Shown here piece by piece: positions 26,673 to 35,468 of a DNA stretch of 52,173 bases. Source of the DNA: an uncultured Clostridia bacterium (GTDB taxonomy: Bacteria; Bacillota; Clostridia; Christensenellales; UBA1242); contig CALVZD010000002.1 in the NCBI GenBank assembly GCA_944372435.1, positions 1 through 52,173 on the forward strand, read 5' to 3'. The notes beneath the pieces were generated by a model. That model did no database searches, was not told the DNA's origin, and worked only from the letters and a program-made list of their open reading frames with translations. Position 1 is the first letter of the stretch, and the number at the start of each line of letters is the position of its first letter. Both the position numbers and the translations under genes were made by a program.

Positions 26673-28446
26673 TATTTTCTCCTCCATTTTGAATATAAAA
26701 ATCTTGCAAATTTTTGTCTCGAATTTTTTTGTCAACAGCCTGAGCTTTGACAAGCAGCTGCTTTCGCTCCTCCAAACTTTGCGAGGCTTTGTAAGAAATC
26801 ATAATCTGATCTTTTTCTTCTTTCAATTTTTCTTCGACTATCGACCAAATGCATTCGTCAAAATATTGTTTTTCGCTCCCCTTGGCCTCGGCAAAATTGA
26901 AGTAGATGATCTCCTGCCAAAACGGATCGTCGACATCTACTCTGTCGAATAGACCTGACACCCTCGACACCGATTTGATAAGTTCAAGCACGTCGGTCTG
27001 CTCTTGCAACAATTTTGAATAGTCGATTTTGTCATCCACAAAATCCTTTTTGTGCAGAATCGACGCAAGAATAAATCTGACAGCCCTTTTATTGCCATTT
27101 ATCCGTTCGACTAAAACGGTCTTTTCAGGTTTTTCAAAGGTCGGCATGATCGATATCCCCAGCGAACGACGCAAGGTGTCAACCGGCGTTTGAGTCAAAT
27201 CACGAAGTTTGAACAAGTATGGATCTTGCTCAGCTGCCGACAAGTTTTTGAGTTTTGAAAGCACCTCTTTTGTAAACTCGCCTCGCTGATCTGGTTTTGA
27301 AAGATCATATTTTTCAAGCGCTAAGGCGATGTGATAATCGATCACCCCTGTTGATGCGTCGATCACTTTTTTCACGCCCTCGCTGCCCTCAGCTTTTAAC
27401 AGCTCGTCCGGATCTATGCCTTTTGGCAGGCGCGCAACTTTGACATTGCAGCCTGCCTCCTGCAAAATTGGTATCGCCCTAAGGGTCGCTTTTTCGCCCG
27501 CCTCGTCGCCGTCAAAGCAGAGGATTATGTTTTCGCACAAACGTTTAAGTTCGCGCGCATGGTCAGCGGTCAGTGCTGTGCCAAGGCACGCCACGGTGTT
27601 TTTAAACCCCGCCCTGTGCATAGAGATGACATCGATTTGCCCCTCAACGATTATGATGTTTGAAAGCCCTTTTTCCTGCTTGAGCTTTTTCAAAAGGTTT
27701 ATGGCAAAAACCACCTTGCTTTTTTGAAAAACGCGCGTTTCTGCTGTGTTTTTGTATTTGGCGTAGTCGGTTTTTTCGAGCGCCCGGGCGGTGAACCCGA
27801 TGCAGTCGCCAAAGGAGTTTATGATCGGAAAAACAAGCCTTCCGCCCATGGCATCATAAATTTTGCCCGGCTCTTTGCTTTGCGCAACACCGCTGTCAAC
27901 AAGCTGTTTTGCCGAAAAGCCCTGCTTCATTAAAAAGTTTGTAAGCTCATTCCAGTTCAAACTGTAACCTATTTCAAAATCCTCAAGTTCGTGCCGAGAA
28001 AAGCCCCTCATCTTTATGTAGTCCTGAGCTGGTTTTGCTGCTGGCAAGTATATGTTTTGATGATAATGTTTTTTTGCAAGATCCAAAATTTTTAAGATCG
28101 TGTCTCGCTCTTTTTTTCGCTGCAAAAGGTTTTCGTCGCCTGTCATTTCTGGCAGCGGCATTTTTGCTAGTTCTGCAAGCCTGACAACGGCGTCGTGAAA
28201 ATTGCAAGATTCGATTTTTTCAACAAAACTGATAACATCGCCGCCCTCTTTGCAGCCGAAGCAGTGAAATAGCCCATCATATTGATCCACGACAAAGGAA
28301 GGCGTTTTTTCACGATGAAAAGGGCAACAACCCCAAAATTTGTTGCCCCTTTGTTCAAGCTGCACATATTTTGAAACCACGCTCACAATGTCATTTTTTC
28401 GTTTAAGCTCGTCCAGCCACTCTGGCGAAAACCCTGTATTCCTCAC
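26665..28446 (-). CDS. dnaG: DNA primase
   Basis: Zinc finger [20 protein letters not shown] and [21 protein letters not shown] start after GAGGA. dnaG-rpoD gene order. Confidence 0.93.
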   Translation of the reverse strand: MRNTGFSPEWLDELKRKNDIVSVVSKYVQLEQRGNKFWGCCPFHREKTPSFVVDQYDGLFHCFGCKEGGDVISFVEKIESCNFHDAVVRLAELAKMPLPEMTGDENLLQRKKERDTILKILDLAKKHYHQNIYLPAAKPAQDYIKMRGFSRHELEDFEIGYSLNWNELTNFLMKQGFSAKQLVDSGVAQSKEPGKIYDAMGGRLVFPIINSFGDCIGFTARALEKTDYAKYKNTAETRVFQKSKVVFAINLLKKLKQEKGLSNIIIVEGQIDVISMHRAGFKNTVACLGTALTADHARELKRLCENIILCFDGDEAGEKATLRAIPILQEAGCNVKVARLPKGIDPDELLKAEGSEGVKKVIDASTGVIDYHIALALEKYDLSKPDQRGEFTKEVLSKLKNLSAAEQDPYLFKLRDLTQTPVDTLRRSLGISIMPTFEKPEKTVLVERINGNKRAVRFILASILHKKDFVDDKIDYSKLLQEQTDVLELIKSVSRVSGLFDRVDVDDPFWQEIIYFNFAEAKGSEKQYFDECIWSIVEEKLKEEKDQIMISYKASQSLEERKQLLVKAQAVDKKIRDKNLQDFYIQNGGENNV

Positions 28447-28580
28447 TTATTCCTCTAAATTTCAAACGTTTTCTAACTATATATACTCGCACAGAGCTGA
28501 AAATCCTTTTTTTTCAGTAAGAAAATTTTGTTTTTATAATTAAAGTGCTGTTTTAAAAGCCAAAAAAACCAAGTTTTTCT

Positions 28581-29471
28581 TTAATTTAGTTCATTAAGCG
28601 CTCGCATTGCCGCAACCGCACCAGCCGAAGCCGCCGTTATAATCTGCTTGACAGGAGCCGTTGTGACATCTCCACAAGCATACACGCCCTTTGCAGAGGT
28701 GCGCATATTTTCATCAACTTTGATGTAGCCTCTTTCGTCGAGCTCAAGCTTGCCGCGCAAAAAATCGGTCACTGGCGTTCTGCCTATCGCGACAAACACA
28801 CCGTCAGTCTTGATCGGCTGCGATTGTGAGTCGATTTGGATGCTTTCAACAAAATCTCCACCTGAGATTTTTGTGATGTTTGCGCCATAATATATTTTGA
28901 CGTTTTTAAGTTTTTCTAAGATTGCAGGCGGATAGGCTTTGAGTTTAAGCTCAGGATATTTTGATACAATCGAGACGGTTTTGCAAATGCCAAGTAGGTA
29001 TAAAGCAGTTGAAACTGCCGAATCGCCGGAGCCTGCCACCACTACATCTTTTCCGCGAAAAAAGTTGCCATCGCAGGTGGCGCAATAGCTCACCCCTCTG
29101 CCGAGAAACTGCTCCTCGCCCTCAACTTTGAGTTTTCGCGAAACCGACCCAAGTGCGAGTATCACCGCTTTTGCAGGATAACTCTGTTTTTTGCAAACTA
29201 CGACTTTCTCTTCTTTTTCCAGCTTTAAATCTATCATCTCGTCGTGGCAAAACATAGCGCCAAGCGTTTTTGCCTGTTTGACAAAATTTTCTGCCAGCTC
29301 CGCGCCCTGCACGCTTGCAAAGCCTGGATAGTTTTCTATCTCCGCAATCGTTGCCACTTGGCCGCCCATCACCTCGCGTTCGATGACAAGCACTCGTTTG
29401 CCAGCGCGCTTTGCATAAACCGCTGCGCTCAGCCCTGCCGGCCCTGAACCAATTATGACAATGTCGAACAT
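28581..29471 (-). CDS. trxB: Thioredoxin-disulfide reductase
   Basis: [14 protein letters not shown] at 29471 after a GGAGGG RBS. Redox-active CATCDG and the second dinucleotide fold VVAGSGDSA. The 32-codon N-terminal extension in the track ORF runs into the repeat element. Confidence 0.9.
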   Translation of the reverse strand: MFDIVIIGSGPAGLSAAVYAKRAGKRVLVIEREVMGGQVATIAEIENYPGFASVQGAELAENFVKQAKTLGAMFCHDEMIDLKLEKEEKVVVCKKQSYPAKAVILALGSVSRKLKVEGEEQFLGRGVSYCATCDGNFFRGKDVVVAGSGDSAVSTALYLLGICKTVSIVSKYPELKLKAYPPAILEKLKNVKIYYGANITKISGGDFVESIQIDSQSQPIKTDGVFVAIGRTPVTDFLRGKLELDERGYIKVDENMRTSAKGVYACGDVTTAPVKQIITAASAGAVAAMRALNELN

Positions 29472-29503
29472 CTCGCCCTCCAATTTTTTGGATTTTTTCA
29501 CTG

Positions 29504-29583
29504 CCGGCGGAAGCGCTCGCAGGATGCGAGCAGTTTTGTTAAAAACAAAAATTTGAGCCGCGCTCAAATTTTGCTTCCGCCGG
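29504..29583 (-). promoter_or_regulatory. Nested-palindrome element in the trxB 5' leader
   Basis: The 11-bp outer stem CCGGCGGAAGC/GCTTCCGCCGG encloses three consecutive perfect 7-3-7 palindromes: GCTCGCAggaTGCGAGC, TTTTGTTaaaAACAAAA and TTTGAGCcgcGCTCAAA. It lies between the predicted -10 and the trxB RBS. Confidence 0.6.
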
Positions 29584-29637
29584 CATGAGTTATTTTAACA
29601 CACCAGCCGTTTTTTAAACAAACAAAAAAAGATGCAA
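29506..29637 (+). repeat. Direct repeat R1 (about 130 nt), left flank of the ABC cassette
   Basis: Aligns with 31975-32103. Identical except for a cluster of changes in the middle (two of the three inner palindromes) and a 1-nt T-run difference. Confidence 0.85.
29592..29621 (-). promoter_or_regulatory. Predicted trxB promoter
   Basis: Minus strand: TTGTTT (29621-29616), 18-nt spacer, TGtTAAAAT extended -10 (hexamer 29597-29592). Confidence 0.5.
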
Positions 29638-29799
29638 TAATGTTTTATTTTGAAATTTTACTAAAAAGATGCTGCTTCATTTTGTTCACTAGATCACTTT
29701 TCACAACCATACACAAAAGGTTTGTATACAAAAAAAATAGCATATTTTTAGAAAATTATTTGCGAAAAATAAGTTTTTTTAAAAATTTTTAAGAAAATA

Positions 29800-29828
29800 T
29801 TGACAAAAAATAACTAATTTACTATAAT
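29800..29828 (+). promoter_or_regulatory. Consensus sigma-70 promoter of the cassette
   Basis: TTGACA (29800-29805), 17-nt spacer, TATAAT (29823-29828). Confidence 0.75.
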
Positions 29829-29895
29829 GATAATGTCGAATAAAGCTGTGACCATCAGCTTTAAAAATAAATTTAACAAAAGGAGAACTGTTCAA

Positions 29896-29961
29896 ATGGT
29901 TACTGTAATGAAAAACTTAAAACTTAATAAACAAGCCATACGAATGGTTCTGAATGCATAA
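29896..29961 (+). CDS. 21-codon leader ORF (MVTVMKNLKLNKQAIRMVLNA)
   Basis: ATG lies 7 nt after AAAGGAGA. TAA at 29959-29961. Lies 55 nt upstream of the ABC start, and its codons 15-18 can pair with the anti-SD strand of the downstream hairpin. Confidence 0.45.
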   Translation: MVTVMKNLKLNKQAIRMVLNA

Positions 29962-29985
29962 TTTAAATTAACGGCGATGTTTCAA

Positions 29986-30016
29986 CCTTCGTATGCAAAA
30001 TTACGGAGGTTTTTTT
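29986..30016 (+). promoter_or_regulatory. SD-sequestering hairpin / intrinsic terminator (attenuator) before the ABC gene
   Basis: CCTTCGTA (29986-29993) pairs with TACGGAGG (30002-30009, which contains the GGAGG SD). T7 follows at 30010-30016, then the ATG at 30017. The alternative partner TACGAAtGG lies at 29939-29947 inside the leader ORF. Confidence 0.55.
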
Positions 30017-31828
30017 ATGAAAAAAAATAAAGAAGAAAAAAAGATATCAATTTCATCTTATCTAGCAAAATTTAAATTTGGAATATCTATGTATATTCTT
30101 GTTTATATTATTGCCGGAGCAGGCACAGTTATGCAAACAATTCTTTTTGCAAGAGCAATTGAACAAATCACACTTTCTTTGTTTGTTAATGCTATCACCA
30201 CTCTTGCAATTATTGCTGGAATTGTTGTTGTGAAAAGGCTTTGCTGGTACCTATCTGGCATAATTTATCAAAAGTATGCCAACAAAATTATGGCCGAATT
30301 AAATTTTGATTTAGCAAGACAGGCGTTCAAACTTAATTCAAAAACATATGCCGACCATGAGACAGGAAAATTTGTTCAAAGAATTGTAACAGACCCTGAA
30401 ACTGTGGTGAACAATTTGGCAAATTTGGTGGATTTAGTAACCGATTGCGTTACATCTCTTGTTATGATTGTTTATATCGCAACCTTAAATATTTATATTG
30501 CTCTTGCCATTGTGGTGATTGTGGCTTTTTGCATGATTTTAGAAAGAATAAGACGCAAAAGAAACCGCAAAAACAAATTCGATATGCGACGAAAAAATGA
30601 CAAGATTTACTCTCTTACCACCGAAATTGTAAGGAGCGAAAAGGATGTTAAAGCGTTGGGGCTTGAAGATAAATTAAGTGAAATTTCAAGAAAATATTAT
30701 GACGAATACAAAAAAGCGTCATATAACTACGAAGTTAAAGATATGAACCTATGGGCATTGAGAAACGCCATAATTGAAGTTTTTGGAATTATGCTCTTAA
30801 TTTTGGGTGTCTATATGATCGATATTTCGATGTTGACACTTGCTTCGTTTATGATAATTTACTCCAACAATGGAAGTTTGTCGTCGTTCGTTTGGTGCAT
30901 TGGAAAAATTATGGACATATTTTTGGAAATCAAAGTTGCTTCAACAAGAATGTTTTCACTTTTTGACGACAACGAATATGTCTGCGAAAAATTTGGAAAA
31001 ACTCACCTTGAAAATGTTAAAGGAAAGATTGAATTTAAAAATGTCGCTTATGCTTTTGTGGAATATGAGCAAGCTGATAGCGATAAATTTATGACGCAAA
31101 AAGAATTGATGCAACTCAAAAACAAGAAAAGAAAGGTGGAAAGCGTCAATCAAATTTTTGATAAACTTAGTTTCAAAATTGAGCCAAACACCACTGTCGC
31201 CTTTGTTGGAAAATCTGGCTCCGGCAAATCGACAATTTTAAATTTGATGTCAAAAATGTTTGAAGTGGATGCTGGCGAAGTTTTGATTGATGGCGTAAAC
31301 ATCAATGATTTGGATAAGCAAACTTTGAGAAATTCTATCTCGCTTGTCAACCAATTCCCATATATTTTTGATATGACAATCAAAGATAATCTCCTGCTCG
31401 CTAAAAAAGATGCCTCTGACGAAGAAATCGAAAGTGCAATTGAGAGAGCATCTTTAAAAGAATTCATCTCCTCTCTCAAAAAAGGTGTTGACACAAAAGT
31501 TGGCGAGAGCGGCATCAAACTTTCTGGCGGTCAAAAACAAAGGCTTGCAATTGCAAGAGCGTTGCTCAGAAATTCACCAATAATCATCTTTGACGAGAGC
31601 ACAAGTTCGCTCGACAATTTTGCGCAAGAAGATATAAAAAAATCTATTGACAATTTGAAAGGAAAAAGCACGATCGTTATTGTGGCTCACAGACTTTCAA
31701 CAATTCGAAATGTCGACAAAATTTTCTTCTTGGATAGTGGCAAAATTGAAGATATCGGCACCTTTGACGAACTATTTGAAAACAACATAAAATTTAAAAA
31801 TATGTTTTACGCTGAAAATTTGGAATAA
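30017..31828 (+). CDS. ABC transporter, fused permease/ATPase half-transporter (exporter type)
   Basis: MKKNKEEKK start after GGAGG (track start 29993). Six-TM exporter domain. Walker A GKSGSGKST, signature LSGGQKQR, Walker B IIIFDESTSSLD. No C39 peptidase domain. Confidence 0.9.
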   Translation: MKKNKEEKKISISSYLAKFKFGISMYILVYIIAGAGTVMQTILFARAIEQITLSLFVNAITTLAIIAGIVVVKRLCWYLSGIIYQKYANKIMAELNFDLARQAFKLNSKTYADHETGKFVQRIVTDPETVVNNLANLVDLVTDCVTSLVMIVYIATLNIYIALAIVVIVAFCMILERIRRKRNRKNKFDMRRKNDKIYSLTTEIVRSEKDVKALGLEDKLSEISRKYYDEYKKASYNYEVKDMNLWALRNAIIEVFGIMLLILGVYMIDISMLTLASFMIIYSNNGSLSSFVWCIGKIMDIFLEIKVASTRMFSLFDDNEYVCEKFGKTHLENVKGKIEFKNVAYAFVEYEQADSDKFMTQKELMQLKNKKRKVESVNQIFDKLSFKIEPNTTVAFVGKSGSGKSTILNLMSKMFEVDAGEVLIDGVNINDLDKQTLRNSISLVNQFPYIFDMTIKDNLLLAKKDASDEEIESAIERASLKEFISSLKKGVDTKVGESGIKLSGGQKQRLAIARALLRNSPIIIFDESTSSLDNFAQEDIKKSIDNLKGKSTIVIVAHRLSTIRNVDKIFFLDSGKIEDIGTFDELFENNIKFKNMFYAENLE

Positions 31829-31904
31829 TGATTTCTAAAATATAATTGCAATTGGAAAATTATTTTATCGTTGCTGTTAAAATAAACCAGAAAAGATTTT
31901 AAAA

Positions 31905-31932
31905 AATCCACGATCAATTTCGTGGATTTTTT
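31905..31932. terminator. Terminator of the ABC gene (bidirectional shape)
   Basis: AATCCACG-atcaattt-CGTGGATT flanked by A6 and T6. Confidence 0.8.
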
Positions 31933-31974
31933 GATAAAGTTTTTTCATATATTCCATTTTGTGTTAGTTTAAAA

Positions 31975-32103
31975 GGCGGAAGCGCTCGCAGGATGCGAGC
32001 AATTTTGGCAAAAACAAATTTTTGACGCGCTCAAATTTTGCTTCCGCCGGCATGAGTTATTTTAACACACCAGCCGTTTTTAAACAAACAAAAAAAGATG
32101 CAA
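31975..32103 (+). repeat. Direct repeat R2, right flank of the ABC cassette
   Basis: Copy of R1, including the trxB-type promoter and the outer stem. Two of its three inner palindromes are degraded. It runs into the rpsI terminator hairpin. Confidence 0.85.
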
Positions 32104-32117
32104 AAGCATCTTTTTTC
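32091..32117 (-). terminator. Rho-independent terminator of rpsI
   Basis: Minus strand: AGATGC-tttt-GCATCT followed by a T-run, immediately after the rpsI stop. Confidence 0.75.
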
Positions 32118-32537
32118 TTAACGTTTTGAGAATTGTGGAGCTTTGCGCGCCTTTTTGAGACCATATTTTTTTCTTTCTTTCATTCTTGGATCTCTTGAAA
32201 GGAAGCCGGCCTTTTTAAGCTCTGGCTTGTAAGTTTCGTTTGCTTTTACAAGAGCGCGAGCGAGTCCGTGGCAAATCGCACCTGCCTGTCCTGCAATTCC
32301 GCCGCCGTCGCATCTGATTGTGATGTCATATTTTGTGCGAGTGTCAGTGAGCTCGAGCGGTTGAAGAGCCACCAAAAGCAAAGTGTCGCGTTGAAGGTAT
32401 TCCTCAACTTCCTTTCCATTGACGGTGATGAGACCTTTGCCAAGTTTCATTCTCACTCTTGCAACGCTAGATTTTCTTCTTCCTGTTGCGATAAATTCAG
32501 CAACAGTCTTTTTTGTAACTTTCTTTTCCTCAGCCAT
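32118..32537 (-). CDS. rpsI: 30S ribosomal protein S9
   Basis: [10 protein letters not shown]... and C-terminal [17 protein letters not shown]. The start overlaps the rplM stop (TAATG). Confidence 0.95.
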   Translation of the reverse strand: MAEEKKVTKKTVAEFIATGRRKSSVARVRMKLGKGLITVNGKEVEEYLQRDTLLLVALQPLELTDTRTKYDITIRCDGGGIAGQAGAICHGLARALVKANETYKPELKKAGFLSRDPRMKERKKYGLKKARKAPQFSKR

Positions 32538-32980
32538 TATTTTTTCGCTCCTTTAACTTCGACTGGTTCTGGTTTTTGTGCTTCTTGTTTGTGATCAGCG
32601 TCACGATAAGCCTTCATCCTTGTGAATTGCTTTCTGCCAAGCGAGGTTTTTGGAAGCATCCCCTTGACAGCCTTTTCAAGAGCCTTTGGAGAATTTTCAC
32701 GCATAAGTTTGTCATATTTGACTTCTTTAAGGCCGCCGATATAACCAGTGTGCCAGATCATTTTTTTCTTTTCAAGTTTTTTGCCTGTGAGCACAATTTT
32801 GTCTGTGTTGATGACAACAACAAAATCACCTGTGTCAACATGAGGCGTGTAAATCACTTTATTTTTGCCAGTCAAGATGTCAGCAACGGTGGTTGCAACT
32901 CTGCCAAGAGGCAGCCCTGCTGCGTCAACCAGATACCACTTTCTTTCAATCTCGGCTGGGTTTGCCATATAAGTTTTCAT
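32537..32980 (-). CDS. rplM: 50S ribosomal protein L13
   Basis: [19 protein letters not shown] signature. The ATG at 32980 lies 9 nt after GGAGG. Confidence 0.93.
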   Translation of the reverse strand: MKTYMANPAEIERKWYLVDAAGLPLGRVATTVADILTGKNKVIYTPHVDTGDFVVVINTDKIVLTGKKLEKKKMIWHTGYIGGLKEVKYDKLMRENSPKALEKAVKGMLPKTSLGRKQFTRMKAYRDADHKQEAQKPEPVEVKGAKK

Positions 32981-33074
32981 TAAAACCATTCCTCCGAAAT
33001 AATTGCGCAGCCAAAACCTCTTTCAATTTATGGGGCTAATATAAACAAAAAGACGCTCTATTTGCGACTTTTTT

Positions 33075-33103
33075 ATTTTATATATTTTTAAGGCGTTTGT
33101 CAA
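33075..33103 (-). promoter_or_regulatory. Predicted rplM-rpsI promoter with a leader of about 88 nt
   Basis: Minus strand: TTGACA (33103-33098), 17-nt spacer, TAAAAT (33080-33075). Confidence 0.6.
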
Positions 33104-33131
33104 GCAATTTTGCAAACTTTTTCGTGATTTT

Positions 33132-33695
33132 TTACTTTACGCTCTCAAGCTGAAAGTTTTCTGCTCGCACGCTGAGCCAAATCAAATAATCTGTGGCCTC
33201 TGAAAGGCGCTCAGCTTTGTTTTTGTAGTAGCTTTTTGTGAGTGTCCCCTGCTTTGCCTTCAAAGCTTTTTCAAGCGATTGAACATCTTTTGCTCCAAAC
33301 TTTTCCGCAAGCGAAGAAAGCTCGCTTTCACTTGACAAAAGCAAGTTTAGAGCGTCGAACTCTTGCTGTTTGAGTTTGAAATTGTCGCAATCTTGTTTTA
33401 CTTTTTTTTCCAAATTTTCAAAAGAGCGGCATTGCCCAAGTTTTTCGCGCTCGCCGTAGTTTTGTTGCATAGCTTTTGCAAGATATTCGTGAATTTTGCC
33501 AGTCTCAGCAAACTGCTCATCACTGATTTTTGTTGAAGGGTCAAAATCTTCGCCGAGTTTTTTTATGTCAGTTTTGCCAGACATTTTTGCAAGATAAACT
33601 TTAAGCAAAAGCGCCTTGTCAGCATCCTGAATTTTTCCGTCTTTTTTAGTCAAAAGCCCAAGCTGTTCGAGCTCGCTCACGATATCAAGTTTCAT
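33132..33695 (-). CDS. Hypothetical soluble protein
   Basis: Probable start MKLDIVSELEQLGLL at 33695 after GGAGG. 187 aa, helical and charged. No assignable motif. Confidence 0.55.
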   Translation of the reverse strand: MKLDIVSELEQLGLLTKKDGKIQDADKALLLKVYLAKMSGKTDIKKLGEDFDPSTKISDEQFAETGKIHEYLAKAMQQNYGEREKLGQCRSFENLEKKVKQDCDNFKLKQQEFDALNLLLSSESELSSLAEKFGAKDVQSLEKALKAKQGTLTKSYYKNKAERLSEATDYLIWLSVRAENFQLESVK

Positions 33696-33916
33696 TTTTC
33701 CTCCATAGTGTCCAGCCCAAACAAACTCAAAATTTGGCAAAGGCGGGTGATAAATTTTGTGCACGACAATTTTAATCGTGACAATATTTTATCATAAACT
33801 TTTGAATAAACCAAACATTTTTTTGTATATTTATGCATTTTTTAATTATTTTTCAAAAAAATTTAATTTGACAATCCTATTGTTTTGTTATATTATAAAA
33901 AAAGGAGAATAAACAA

Positions 33917-35107
33917 ATGACAAAAACTGAAAATGATAATTATTTTAATGAATACAAAGATATGATTTTGTCTTTGATAAAACTACCGAAAAACATCACT
34001 AACGAGTGGATTGATAATGCTTTCAAAGATAAAACTGTAATTAAAAATGACAAGTTTAAGGAATTAATCGCCTTCAATGAATTAATCGACCATTTTGGAA
34101 TAAGCTTTCAAGATCTTTCAAAAGTAGATTTAAGTAATATAGATTGCGAACATATGTTAAAGCTTTCATTTAACACTGCAACAATATTTCCGCCTCAAGA
34201 CAAGCTTCCAAAAGATTACTGCCCTAGCAAGATCATTGAGTTTGGCAAAAGTCCAATGTTGGGCGTCGAAGAACTGCACGAAAAAGGGATCGACGGGTCT
34301 GGGGTAACCGTCGCTACGATCGATTTTGGTTTTGACAAAAACAATCACCAAGAGTTTGAAGAGGCAGATATCGAAGTAATAGATCTCTTTAAAGACACCG
34401 AAACACACTATCATGCCCATGGCGTGCTTTCCAATTTATGTGGAAAAAATATTGGATTAGCGCCAAAATGCAAAGTTTATCATTACAACACATATCAAAG
34501 CCATGGAAGTGAAGTAGACTTTGCAACACTTGAAATTTTAAAAGATATTTTGAAAAAGGTCGAAAGAGGCGAAAAAATAAGAGTTGTCAACATGAGCGCC
34601 CCTCTTCTTAGGAATGAAGCACTCTTGGCAGAGAGCGATCCAAAAAAGTGGGATAAATTAAAAACTGAACAATCAAAACCATTTTTAGAAATCATAGAAA
34701 AACTTCGAGAAAAAGGTTGTGAAGTAATAACATCGGAAGTCTTTTCAAGGGATTTTTCGTGTTGTGATATTGATTACAAAACAAAAAAACTTTCAAAACC
34801 TTCTTGGATAATTACAAAAAAAGATTTTTCCGAAACCCCATGTTTTATCGTTGCTGGAAAATCAATACCTCAGTATTCAACACAAAATGATTACAAGCTT
34901 GAAACAAGAAGTTGTTACAGTTGGGCAATACCTCAAGCAGTGGGTCTGTATTGTTTGTGCTTGCAATGTAATCCAAATTTAAAATGGGACGAATTTGCAC
35001 AAATTTGCAAAAGTACTTCCCTGCTTACTGACGACGGCGTAAGACTTTGTCAACCGGTAAAAGTCATTGAAAAAATCAAAGAAAAAGATATGCTTCTTTC
35101 AAAGTAA
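33917..35107 (+). CDS. Subtilisin-family (S8) serine peptidase without a signal peptide
   Basis: AAGGAG RBS and a TTGACA..TATTAT promoter. Catalytic Asp in VTVATIDFGFD and His in HAHGVLS, the oxyanion region VVNMSAP, and Ser in YSWAIPQAVG. Hydrophilic N-terminus. Very AT-rich. Confidence 0.75.
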   Translation: MTKTENDNYFNEYKDMILSLIKLPKNITNEWIDNAFKDKTVIKNDKFKELIAFNELIDHFGISFQDLSKVDLSNIDCEHMLKLSFNTATIFPPQDKLPKDYCPSKIIEFGKSPMLGVEELHEKGIDGSGVTVATIDFGFDKNNHQEFEEADIEVIDLFKDTETHYHAHGVLSNLCGKNIGLAPKCKVYHYNTYQSHGSEVDFATLEILKDILKKVERGEKIRVVNMSAPLLRNEALLAESDPKKWDKLKTEQSKPFLEIIEKLREKGCEVITSEVFSRDFSCCDIDYKTKKLSKPSWIITKKDFSETPCFIVAGKSIPQYSTQNDYKLETRSCYSWAIPQAVGLYCLCLQCNPNLKWDEFAQICKSTSLLTDDGVRLCQPVKVIEKIKEKDMLLSK

Positions 35108-35366
35108 TGTAAAAATTTAATTAAATAATAACAAATCATAAAATTAAAAATTAATTTTTAAATTTAATGAATAACATCACTATATCAAAATGCGAGTAAT
35201 TATTATAAATTAGAAAATGTATTTTAGAATTGAATACAGTGATTCTTTATTTCAATAATACAAAAAAAATAATAAATAAGTCCTAAACAACACAAATTTT
35301 GATAAAAAATTTGTAAATTAAAAAATTGTATGCTATAATAAAAGCGTTCGAAGCATACTTTTTTAT

Positions 35367-35441
35367 GTTCCCATAGTAAAGTGGATATTACAAGCCCCTC
35401 CTAAGGGCTAGTCACAGGTTCGAGTCCTGTTGGGAACACCA
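35367..35441 (+). tRNA. tRNA-Arg, anticodon CCT, CCA encoded
   Basis: Acceptor GTTCCCA/TGGGAAC. Anticodon stem AGCCC/GGGCT with loop CTCCTAA. T arm CAGGTTCGAGTCCTG. TATAAT about 20 nt upstream. Confidence 0.85.
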
Positions 35442-35468
35442 AAAAAGAGGGTTTCCCCTCTTTTTTTT
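35442..35468 (+). terminator. Rho-independent terminator after tRNA-Arg
   Basis: GAGGG-tttc-CCCTC followed by T8. Confidence 0.8.

Larger units (their letters stand above)
29638..31974. mobile_element. AT-rich inserted cassette (leader ORF plus ABC exporter) bracketed by the R1/R2 direct repeats
   Basis: Sharp compositional drop between the repeats. Carries its own consensus promoter and terminator. The flanks are duplicated host promoter/leader sequence. No recombinase gene. Confidence 0.5.

Noticed and set aside
26665-26753. An 89-nt overlap of dnaG and rpoD, and a 96-nt N-terminal extension of trxB (29472-29567).
   Set aside because: These are artefacts of taking the longest ORF. Internal ATGs with strong GGAGG sites (26672 and 29471) give the family-typical N-termini. 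The trxB extension would translate the palindromic repeat element.
29709-29729. Imperfect palindrome ATACACAAA-agg-TTTGTATAC upstream of the cassette promoter as a repressor operator.
   Set aside because: Only 7 of 9 positions pair. It lies about 70 nt upstream of the -35 in very AT-rich DNA, where such dyads arise by chance, and no regulator gene is in the cassette.
29896-29961. The 21-aa peptide as a bacteriocin or RiPP precursor exported by the adjacent ABC transporter, with the S8 peptidase at 33917 as the maturation protease.
   Set aside because: The peptide has no Cys/Ser/Thr-rich core and no GG/GA leader cleavage motif. The ABC protein has no C39 peptidase domain, and no modification enzymes are nearby. 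The S8 gene is separated from the cassette by rpsI-rplM and a divergent gene. The RNA pairing with the SD hairpin explains the ORF better as a regulatory leader.
32981-33070. The rplM 5' UTR as the known L13 ribosomal-protein leader RNA.
   Set aside because: The leader length (about 88 nt) is compatible, but I could not find a convincing conserved stem structure by eye. An Infernal scan is needed before it can be called.
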